Assembly: GCA_048938005.1 (NCBI GenBank)
Contig: JBHLMQ010000013.1
Span: 1 to 64,000, forward strand
Direction of reading: 5' to 3'
DNA: 64,000 nt
From: Promethearchaeota archaeon
Lineage (GTDB): Archaea > Asgardarchaeota > Lokiarchaeia > Sigyniarchaeales > SOKP01
Shown here: one piece after another, positions 1 through 8,830 of the stretch
How positions within the stretch are numbered: position 1 is the first letter of the stretch
How the letters are laid out: each line of letters begins with the position of its first letter
Position numbers and translations under genes: made by a program
Notes under the pieces: generated by a model
The model's input: the letters and a program-made list of their open reading frames with translations, nothing else
The model's database searches: none
What the model was told of the DNA's origin: nothing

Positions 1-690
<690 letters not shown>

Positions 691-770
691 CTGCGTAAAA
701 TAGAATAATTCTTAATAAATTTTCGTAGTTTAAAAATCTCTATTAAAATAAAAAGATATCATTTCAAAAA

Positions 771-1790
771 TTGAATTTAAGGTTTGCAATGCATCTAAAA
801 GATAAGATTGGAATCCATTTAGACCAAATAAAACAACTTAAAGGAGTAGAAAATGCCGTTTTAACTCAGCGAGATGGTAATCCAATACAATCAACTGGAG
901 TCTGGTTTTCGAAAGATGAAATCTTTAATGTAAGTTCAGCAACTAGTGCGATCTTTAATGTTGGAATACATTTACACCCAAAAGATTTAAAATATATCTT
1001 GATTGAAGGAAAAAAAGCAAAGATTCTAATTGCTCCCTTGAATAGCCCATTACACACCTCTTTAAATAAAATATTAGAAATGCAGGGTATATTAGATTCT
1101 AATCATGAATTTTTTATTGCAATTACTGCCCAGCCAAATATAAATTTAGGAGGAATCTTTTTACAAACTAGTGAATGTCTAAAAAAAATTAAAACAACTC
1201 TTATAACTTCTGGAGAATCGTTTAAACCACCTCTAATTCAGTTTAATAATCAGAAAATTCAAAGTATAATCGAAGGATTCAATGTAAAAGAAACAGAAGA
1301 TTTTGACTTAAGATTATCATCTTTTTCATTAAGTTTTTCAGAGACAATATCGTTAGAATTGAAAAAAGTTTTAAATAACATTTCACTGACAATTCCCGAT
1401 TTAAATTATGCTTTTATAACCATTGAGGGAGGATTTATCGCTTCTAAAGTCTTGAAGAGAATTGAGATTGATACTGAATATTTAGATAAAATTTCAGCAA
1501 TGAGTTATTCTCTTTTTCAAACAGCAAATAGATGTGCTTGGTTATTAAAGAAAATGCAAGCTGAGCGAATTCTACTCGACTGTCAAAATTCCTTTCAATT
1601 TATTGATGGGTTAGGGAAAGCAATTTTTAGTACTGAGATTGGAAAATTAAGACAGAAATTAGGTTTGATAAGATTAATACTTCCACAATTTTCAAAGAAA
1701 ATTGATTACCTTATTAAAAAAGCATCAGAAATTCAAGATCATAGAACATTTGATATTAAAAGGATGCTTGGAGAATTAATAATAAAATAA
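771..1790 (+). CDS. Tandem Roadblock/LC7 (MglB-like) domain protein; likely start ATG 789
   Basis: Two Roadblock-like units: GVENAVLTQRDGNPIQS...ILIEGKKAKILIAP and DLNYAFITIEGGFIAS...KISAMSYSLFQTANR...ILLDCQNSFQFI. Confidence 0.8.
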   Translation: MNLRFAMHLKDKIGIHLDQIKQLKGVENAVLTQRDGNPIQSTGVWFSKDEIFNVSSATSAIFNVGIHLHPKDLKYILIEGKKAKILIAPLNSPLHTSLNKILEMQGILDSNHEFFIAITAQPNINLGGIFLQTSECLKKIKTTLITSGESFKPPLIQFNNQKIQSIIEGFNVKETEDFDLRLSSFSLSFSETISLELKKVLNNISLTIPDLNYAFITIEGGFIASKVLKRIEIDTEYLDKISAMSYSLFQTANRCAWLLKKMQAERILLDCQNSFQFIDGLGKAIFSTEIGKLRQKLGLIRLILPQFSKKIDYLIKKASEIQDHRTFDIKRMLGELIIK

Positions 1791-1802
1791 TAAGGTGAAC
1801 AT

Positions 1803-2699
1803 ATGAATTTTTTTAATTTTTTAGATAAACTAAAAAGAAATTATAATTCTTTAATTCTTTATTGTCTATTAGATAGAATTCCTATTATTGTGTTAGGAGA
1901 AGACCCAGATGATATTGATAACTTTTTGATTGAACTTTCTGAACTTGTTCATTTTCGAAAAGAATATATTTTTTATACAGATTTTGTTTCAAGAAATGAA
2001 TATGAAAATCTTATTTCAAACGAAAATATTGATTATAATTATCAACGTGCACATGTTAGATGCCCTTGTAATGTCTCACGCAAAGCTTTAAGCCAATTTG
2101 AAGGCATTCATTCTTGGCTTATCGGCCTGACAATTCCTAAGAAAAAAGAGCAATTAATTTATCTTAAAAATTTAATTAAGAAAAAATCAAAAGATTTATT
2201 ATTTATTACAATTTCGTCAGATACCATTTTTTTTGATTTAGAAGGTTTTAACCTAAAATCAATAGATTTAACACTTGAACAAAATATTTTTAAGAAAATA
2301 TCTCAAGATACAGAGAAATCTATAGCAAAAATGAAAAGGGTGTTACTAGATAAATTAACTACAAATCAGCTTGATAAAGACTTAGTAAAAACACTGTTAG
2401 ATTTTGAGGAAGAAAAAAATGAGTTAAAAAAAAATATATTCAAAAAGGAAATTCAAAATTTTTATTCTGGTTCAAAAAGAACTTTCTTTATTTTATCTAG
2501 ATTGAAATTATTAAATAATATGGGAATTCAAACACGAATTGGAAGTAAAACTATCTTAGAAACAATAGATTATGAGGAAGCGCCAATAGAAAGGATCATT
2601 TCATTTATAAAGAGAGAGTGGGGAGAAGATTATTCAACTTTAATTGAAGATGGTAAAAAAGCTTTTATTGGTGATAAAATAGTCTCACTATGGGGTTAA
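1803..2699 (+). CDS. Hypothetical protein, possible DENN-core-like domain
   Basis: LYCLLDRIPIIVLGEDPDDIDNFLIELSELV...SWLIGL resembles the cDENN pattern; SD AAGGTG upstream; lies between Roadblock and GTPase genes. Confidence 0.5.
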   Translation: MNFFNFLDKLKRNYNSLILYCLLDRIPIIVLGEDPDDIDNFLIELSELVHFRKEYIFYTDFVSRNEYENLISNENIDYNYQRAHVRCPCNVSRKALSQFEGIHSWLIGLTIPKKKEQLIYLKNLIKKKSKDLLFITISSDTIFFDLEGFNLKSIDLTLEQNIFKKISQDTEKSIAKMKRVLLDKLTTNQLDKDLVKTLLDFEEEKNELKKNIFKKEIQNFYSGSKRTFFILSRLKLLNNMGIQTRIGSKTILETIDYEEAPIERIISFIKREWGEDYSTLIEDGKKAFIGDKIVSLWG

Positions 2700-3301
2700 G
2701 AAAGATCATGATTTTTAACTACGAAAATAAAATGATGCAAGTAAAGATTGTATATTATGGTCCTGCCATGTCTGGGAAAACTACATCAATACGAGTTCTT
2801 TTTTCTTATTTTAATAAAGAAAACAAAATAAAGTCCATTGATAGCTCAGTAGGACGTACTTTATTTTTTGATTTTGGAGTATTACAATTTAAAGGAACGA
2901 AATGGGGGATAAAATTTTTAATTTATTCGGCAACAGGTCAAGATTTTTATGCAAGTACTCGACCAGCGACATTAAATGGAGTAGATGGTATAATATTTGT
3001 TAGCGATTCTCAAATTGAATGTTTAGAACATAATGCACGATCTTGGAATGAATTAAAAATGTTATTCGGAACTCAGTTTTATAATATTCCCATTGTAATT
3101 TCATTAAATAAATGTGATTTATTTGAAAATTCAGGGCTAAGAGAGAAAGATATTTTGCCCTATGTAGAATATAACAAATTTAAACATATTTCTTTAAAAA
3201 GAACGATAGCTATAAAAGGAGAGGGAGTATTAGATTCATTCAGTCAATTAATTAAATTTATATTTCCACAATTGAAGGTTAATCTTTGTATTTATAACTA
3301 A
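2690..3301 (+). CDS. MglA/Arf-like small GTPase (start possibly 2708)
   Basis: G1 GPAMSGKT, G2 GRTLFFDF, G3 SATGQ, G4 NKCD, G5 TIA; KIVYYGP N-terminus is typical of MglA. Confidence 0.9.
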   Translation: MGLRKIMIFNYENKMMQVKIVYYGPAMSGKTTSIRVLFSYFNKENKIKSIDSSVGRTLFFDFGVLQFKGTKWGIKFLIYSATGQDFYASTRPATLNGVDGIIFVSDSQIECLEHNARSWNELKMLFGTQFYNIPIVISLNKCDLFENSGLREKDILPYVEYNKFKHISLKRTIAIKGEGVLDSFSQLIKFIFPQLKVNLCIYN

Positions 3302-3504
3302 GTATTGTTTTTATTCTTTGTTTCAACCTTTTGGTACATATTCTTTGATATTCTTTTTATATAACCTTGTAAGTAGAACTGTTTTAGCAAATTCCTTACT
3401 TTACGTACTTCTAACGCATCGATTCCTAAAACACTCATCATTTGGAAAATTGAAAATTGTTTCGGTAAATTTTCCTTAATGTTGTTATATAAACCCGTTT
3501 TTAT
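3298..3504 (-). CDS. Small winged-helix protein not in ORF track (68 aa from ATA 3504; 47 aa from ATG 3441)
   Basis: Translated by hand: IKTGLYNNIKENLPKQFSIFQMMSVLGIDALEVRKVRNLLKQFYLQGYIKRISKNMYQKVETKNKNNT*, an HTH plus wing pattern. Confidence 0.6.
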   Translation of the reverse strand: MKTGLYNNIKENLPKQFSIFQMMSVLGIDALEVRKVRNLLKQFYLQGYIKRISKNMYQKVETKNKNNT

Positions 3505-3585
3505 TCACAATATTATTTTTAATTTTAAACAAAAGAATGAAGAAATATTTATATATTTTATTTTAATTTGAGGAAGGTTATTCGA

Positions 3586-3699
3586 GGGAGTTTAGGTTTT
3601 TATAATCCTCAAAGTAACTATAACTTATCATTCCTACTTATAGTAGATCATCCTTGTCTAGTTTTTTTCATCGAATATTTACAATCCTAAATAACTCCT
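3586..3699 (-). ncRNA. Box C/D 2'-O-methylation guide sRNA, dual guide to LSU rRNA
   Basis: Minus strand: C-like AUGAAAA (3671-3665), guide, D' AUGA (3651-3648), hairpin UCUAC/GUAGG, C' AUGAUAA (3631-3625), guide, D UUGA (3612-3609). Both box pairs show K-turn geometry and there is a terminal stem. Guides are antisense to AGUAACUAUAACU and CCUUGUCUAGUU. Confidence 0.8.
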
Positions 3700-3794
3700 T
3701 ATAATCTTATAGGTGATTATTTATTTTAATATTAATTAAGAAAAACTGAAACGCCTTCAAAACTTTAAAAAAAAATTAAGAAAGTCTAAAAAAC

Positions 3795-4481
3795 TTAATA
3801 TTCACGAAAATCTTTAAAATTATCCCCAATTGGAGCCTCTCCATCACCGTATATTTGATATAAACCTGTTCTCCTTGCACATTCAGAAAAACTACGATAT
3901 ATATTTTTTCTTTGTTCATATAGAGCACATGTTTTATAAATTATAGGATTCCAAATATATAATTTATGATCAGGGTTATACCAGAGTTTCTCATCTTTTA
4001 AAACTTGTTTAAAATCTTCTTCTCCAATTACTTCAGTGAGATCTTGTTTATTAAGCATTATAATAAGAGGAATTTCTTTAATTAATTTATCTCTCGTGAC
4101 GTTTTTTAATTCTTTTAGAGATTCTATATTATCTTCAAAAAAGTGTGTTTGTGAGTCAACTGTAAAAATAACTCCGTCTGTACCCTTAAATATTTTTTTT
4201 CTTAATGGAGAAAACCTTCTTTGTCCCGCGACAGTGTAAACATGATAAAAAACTTTTCCTCTGCTTTGTTGCTTTGTTGATTGAAAGATACCTCTATCAA
4301 AATATAATGTTGAGCCACTAGCCATAGAGATTTTTGTTAAATTTCCTGTAGGTTCAATATCTATTTCATTTTCTTTTGTATATCGATAGAGTGTGTCTAC
4401 TATTGTTGTTTTTCCTGAACCTGCCATACCCCAATACAAGATTTTTATATATACTTTATGATCTGCTGTAAATCGAACCAT
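3795..4481 (-). CDS. Second MglA/Arf-like small GTPase
   Basis: G1 GMAGSGKT, G2 STLYFD, G3 TVAGQ, G4 NKQD, G5 TCAL. Confidence 0.9.
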   Translation of the reverse strand: MVRFTADHKVYIKILYWGMAGSGKTTIVDTLYRYTKENEIDIEPTGNLTKISMASGSTLYFDRGIFQSTKQQSRGKVFYHVYTVAGQRRFSPLRKKIFKGTDGVIFTVDSQTHFFEDNIESLKELKNVTRDKLIKEIPLIIMLNKQDLTEVIGEEDFKQVLKDEKLWYNPDHKLYIWNPIIYKTCALYEQRKNIYRSFSECARRTGLYQIYGDGEAPIGDNFKDFREY

Positions 4482-4697
4482 TGATATATCTACCTTAGAT
4501 ATGAATTTAAAGTAAAAGAATCACTCTTTTGAATATAAATCTTATAGAATTTGTTAATGAGAAAATATTGTATTAATTTTTATTAAAATATATTAATATG
4601 TATTATTATAATTTAGTATTTATAATTCCTTTGTGATATTTTAAATTTTTGTTTAAACTAGATATTTGAAGCTATGGATTGGTATTAGTTAAAGATA

Positions 4698-4934
4698 TTA
4701 GAATTCAACGAAAGTTTCTCCTAATCTAATTTTATAGTTACACCATACTATTAATTGTTTATATTTTTCTCCAGTATATCCTTCTCTAATAATTAAATTA
4801 ATGATATCAGAGTACATGATATCTCGTTTCCCTCTTATGACTTCGGTGAGTTTATTTACGATTTTTTCTAATATTTTATAATTATTTAATGGAATTTTTT
4901 TAATCTTTTCTGTAATATCAGAAACTTGACTCAT
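4698..4934 (-). CDS. Small hypothetical protein
   Basis: 78-aa ORF with plausible composition; no motif recognised. Confidence 0.6.
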   Translation of the reverse strand: MSQVSDITEKIKKIPLNNYKILEKIVNKLTEVIRGKRDIMYSDIINLIIREGYTGEKYKQLIVWCNYKIRLGETFVEF

Positions 4935-5165
4935 TTTAATTTAATTTCTCTAGATTTTTAATTTTAATATTAATATTTTTAATTATTATACCTCTAAATT
5001 GGATACTTTAAACTCCTATCTTTTTACTTTTTATCTTCTCTCTCTCTTTCTCTTGGGGAGATTGTTCCATTTTATAGATAAAACAATTCTGTTAAGGATA
5101 TTCTCATTCTACAAAATTAAAATAATGTAGTATTAAGCATTTAAACTTAAAATCTACATTTATTA

Positions 5166-6200
5166 GTGTTAAAAATAAACCAAACTGAAAATTATAAGGA
5201 AAATTATGAAAAATGTCCTGAATGTGGAGGAAATATAATCATTAATAGCTTTGAAAAAATCTGTAAGGATTGTGGATTAGTGATTAATAATCTTTTTAGA
5301 GAATCAGCCTTTATATTTAATAATATTAAAAGTAAAAATAGTTTGAGCAAACAATATGTAGCAATAGGCGAACGAACAGATTTCATTGGGGGTTTAGGTT
5401 CATTTATTGATTATGAAAAATCTAAATATTTAAAAGATAAAAATGGAAAACTTTTACCACCAAGCGAGCAAAAGTTATTTAGAAGATTAAAAAAAAATTA
5501 TGCTCAATTTCTTAGAATTAAAAATCATGAAACAGAATACAGAGTTTTTAATATATTAAACAAAATTTCATTTTATCTTAACATCACTAAAAATATTCGT
5601 AACAATGCTGCATATTATTACAAAAAAATAATTAAAAATGAAAATAAAGTGATTAATAACATCTCTTTAATCGCTTTTTGTATCTTTTTTGCAGCAAGGA
5701 AAGAATATCATAACGCTCCTATAACAATTAATGAAATATCTAAAGCATTTCAAAATTTTGGGCACCGTGTAAATCCAAGATTGATTTTGAGAGATGGAAT
5801 TAGATATAAACATCATTTAAATAATGATTCTGCACCTCATAAAAGTGAAGATTATTTAATTAGACTAGTAGATGAGCTTATGAAGCATAAACATTTACAA
5901 GAGAGACTAGTAAAAAAAGGCGTATCCTGGCATAAAAAAGAATTTCAATATAAATTAATAGTAAAATGCCGGGAAATATTAGAAGATTTACCTTTAGGGA
6001 AAAGAGGTGGGAGAAATCCCTTCATTTTAACTGGAGCCATAATTTACTTGGCAGACAAATTATTAGCTAGACAATGTGATCAAAAAGCACTTTTAACACA
6101 AAAGATCATATCTGAAGCAACTAATATTGCTGAATATTCTATAAGAGATCACTATGTAAATCTATTAAAACCAATTTTTATCAATAAATTAAAATTTTAA
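5166..6200 (+). CDS. Divergent TFB/TFIIB-family protein
   Basis: Zn ribbon CPECGG...CKDCG; two cyclin-like repeats (LIAFCIFFAARKE...PITINEIS; GRNPFILTGAIIYLA...LTQKIISEATNIAEYSIRDHY). Confidence 0.85.
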   Translation: MLKINQTENYKENYEKCPECGGNIIINSFEKICKDCGLVINNLFRESAFIFNNIKSKNSLSKQYVAIGERTDFIGGLGSFIDYEKSKYLKDKNGKLLPPSEQKLFRRLKKNYAQFLRIKNHETEYRVFNILNKISFYLNITKNIRNNAAYYYKKIIKNENKVINNISLIAFCIFFAARKEYHNAPITINEISKAFQNFGHRVNPRLILRDGIRYKHHLNNDSAPHKSEDYLIRLVDELMKHKHLQERLVKKGVSWHKKEFQYKLIVKCREILEDLPLGKRGGRNPFILTGAIIYLADKLLARQCDQKALLTQKIISEATNIAEYSIRDHYVNLLKPIFINKLKF

Positions 6201-6363
6201 GGGTTTAAAAGAATTGTTATCTTTAATAGAGAATAATCCTTTAATTTGTTTTATGAAAACAATCAAAAATAATAAAAGAGAATTTGGGCCATATTAAAAT
6301 TTTTAAAGTATATGTATTTATTAATATTAACGCTCTAAAAAGTTAACTAAACAAGCATTTTCT

Positions 6364-6475
6364 GCTTCTGTAGTGTAGTCCGGTCAATCTAACCTTGTTT
6401 TCAATAAATTATGATTAGGATTAAGCATACGAGGCTCTCACCCTCGGGACCCGGGTTCGAATCCCGGCAGAAGCA
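6364..6475 (+). tRNA. tRNA-Glu(CTC) with 37-nt intron at position 21/22 (6388-6424)
   Basis: Acceptor GCTTCTG/CAGAAGC, anticodon arm CGAGG-CTCTCAC-CCTCG, T arm CCGGG-TTCGAAT-CCCGG; removing the intron restores D arm GTGT...GCAT. Confidence 0.93.
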
Positions 6476-6556
6476 TTAATCTGTTTATGGCTTAATCTCT
6501 CGATATTCAAGATAAAGTGATTAAATTATTATTTTCTTCACAAATTAATTAGGTTT

Positions 6557-6940
6557 CTAATTTTTTTCTCTCTGAAAAGTAATACTACTTAGAATATCAA
6601 TACATTTAGCTAAAATGTTTGTATATTGTTCTATTAAATTAATTTGATCCTCATTTTTTAATTTTTGAATGATCAATTCTATTTTTTCAATTAATACTTC
6701 CTTTAATAAACTAAATTTTTCATTATGCTGGATCCGTTTATTAAGTTGTTGTTTTTTATTATTTTGTATCTCATTCGTTTTTATTTCATTATTTTGAAGG
6801 GAGTTATTTCTAACAATTAAAACTTTTCTGTTGCAAGTTGGACAAAACACAGTCCTGTCTCTTTTTCGGAATATTGGATTATTACAAACAGGACAAGCTA
6901 TGTTTAGCATCGTGCTTCCAGATCTAAGAAGATCAGCCAT
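6557..6940 (-). CDS. UPF0148 / Sjogren autoantigen-1-like Zn-ribbon protein
   Basis: MADLLRSGSTMLNIACPVC...FCPTC signature. Confidence 0.85.
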   Translation of the reverse strand: MADLLRSGSTMLNIACPVCNNPIFRKRDRTVFCPTCNRKVLIVRNNSLQNNEIKTNEIQNNKKQQLNKRIQHNEKFSLLKEVLIEKIELIIQKLKNEDQINLIEQYTNILAKCIDILSSITFQREKN

Positions 6941-7030
6941 CTTTTTGATATGATCGTTAATTTTTATCCCTTTATCTTTTCAATTTATTCCAATATAAAT
7001 GATAAAACGATTTGAATTATTTTAACCAAT

Positions 7031-7225
7031 TTACTCTTTATTCCTAATTTTTAATAAATTAACAATATATCCTGAAATTCTATTTCTTAAATGTTTTGAA
7101 TCTATCTCAAGATATTTATCCAATAATTTTTTATTTTTTTCAAAATCGGTGGTAAATACATTTGGATATTTATTTATTAATTCTTTTGAAACATTTTTAA
7201 TTAAAACTGTTCTTACTTTTCCCAT
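7031..7225 (-). CDS. rps17e: 30S ribosomal protein S17e
   Basis: MGKVRT...FTTDFEKNK...SKHLRNRISGY. Confidence 0.96.
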   Translation of the reverse strand: MGKVRTVLIKNVSKELINKYPNVFTTDFEKNKKLLDKYLEIDSKHLRNRISGYIVNLLKIRNKE

Positions 7226-7330
7226 TTCTACAACAAATTTTCTTCATTTCTTATTTTGTAATTGAATATTACTTAAAATAAATTTTTTTGGAATTGTTTT
7301 GGTTTTTATACATTAAATTAGAGAAATATT

Positions 7331-8557
7331 GTGCGGAAAAAAAAAATCATTTTAATTCTTTCATTACTGATGTTAATAGATATTTTTAGTGCTATTAATT
7401 TTGCTAACGCTTATTATTGTAATTTGAACTTTTTAAATATTAATAAAAACCTACTCTATTTTGATGAAGATATAAAAATTAATGCATCCTGGGAATTAAA
7501 TTATAATATTAATAATGAAATTGCGTATGTCCAAATTCAAATATTTGATAATTTAGAAAATATTATCTGGAATTCCTCAGAATATAATCAAATTGGTTTT
7601 TATGAAAAAAATTGGACCTTGGAAATTGACCAACTAAATATTGATTTTTCAAATTCTTCCACTATCCTTTATATAAAATTCTTTAGCTTTTATTTTCAAA
7701 TTGATACAACAAATACAGTATCTACTTTTCTTGAAACTGTAAAAATTACACTTATTAAAAGGAAATTATTTTGTTCATTAGAGGGATATAGAGAGCACAT
7801 AGAATTTGGTGAGAGTCTAAATCTTAAAGTAAAATTTTTTGATGAGTTATCACAAGATACTTTAAATTTAATTAATCTAACAATAAAATTTATGATATCT
7901 TTTAATAATTTGATAATACACCAGTGTAATTACACAACAAATAATTCAGGAGTTATAAGTGTACTAATCTCTTCTTTCACACATTTAAAAATAGGGCAAA
8001 ATATTTTGATTTTTTCATTAGTAAATAATAAAATATTTAACATGTCCATTTTTATTTATGAATTATTTGTTGAGAAAAATCCTATCTTCGTTGATATTTT
8101 AAGCTTTAATGAGGAATTAAAAGAAAATGAAGAATTGGAAATTAAACTTTCTTATTATTATTCTTTTAATCAAACGTTATATCCACTAGCTGGTTATGAC
8201 TTTACTTTAAAGATTTATGATAATAAGACACTAGTTTTTATTAGTGAATTTAAAACAGACAATTCTGGAAAATTAGAGATAAGACTTGCTCAAACTCTTT
8301 TTAATTCAAATCAGCAGAGTGAAGAATTAAGTATTAATATAATTTTTAATGGAACTTATTCTTTACCAAATAAAACATTAGTTTTATGTCTTAGAGTAAA
8401 TCAAGGAGCAATTCCTAAAATGGAAAACTCTTTTCAATTAAATTTTATTTCATTTATCTCTATTTTAATTATAGTATTAATTGTTTTATCAATCATAATA
8501 AATAACACTAAAAGCAAAAGTAAAAAGCTACTTGCAGAATTAGTAATGCGATATTAA
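7331..8557 (+). CDS. Secreted, C-terminally membrane-anchored beta-rich surface protein
   Basis: Signal peptide (MRKKKIILILSLL...ANA), Ig-like YTTNNSG/FKTDNSG turns, many N-x-S/T sequons, C-terminal TM helix plus basic tail. Confidence 0.7.
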   Translation: MRKKKIILILSLLMLIDIFSAINFANAYYCNLNFLNINKNLLYFDEDIKINASWELNYNINNEIAYVQIQIFDNLENIIWNSSEYNQIGFYEKNWTLEIDQLNIDFSNSSTILYIKFFSFYFQIDTTNTVSTFLETVKITLIKRKLFCSLEGYREHIEFGESLNLKVKFFDELSQDTLNLINLTIKFMISFNNLIIHQCNYTTNNSGVISVLISSFTHLKIGQNILIFSLVNNKIFNMSIFIYELFVEKNPIFVDILSFNEELKENEELEIKLSYYYSFNQTLYPLAGYDFTLKIYDNKTLVFISEFKTDNSGKLEIRLAQTLFNSNQQSEELSINIIFNGTYSLPNKTLVLCLRVNQGAIPKMENSFQLNFISFISILIIVLIVLSIIINNTKSKSKKLLAELVMRY

Positions 8558-8830
8558 ATTTAGGATGAGAGACTTTTCATAGAATTATTGAAAACAAACA
8601 AGAAATACAATAATTTATAAAACTTTTTAAGAGCGACAAAAATCTTAAAATCATCTGTTATAGAGCAGTATCGAAATTAGATTTTAAAAGATTCTATTAT
8701 GCTGCATTTTATAAAACAGATTCTTCTCCAGGTTTAGTATTTAAAATTTCGTGATAAAAAATTAATACTCTGTATTTTATTATAAACGATTGTTTTCTTA
8801 AATCACCATAAAATCCCACGAATTAATTAT

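Noticed and set aside
5013-5070. Polypyrimidine (CT)n tract and 20-aa minus-strand ORF MEQSPQEKEREKIKSKKIGV
   Set aside because: Low complexity, no independent support.
8558-8830. Possible replication origin upstream of cdc6
   Set aside because: No repeated ORB-like elements found by eye.
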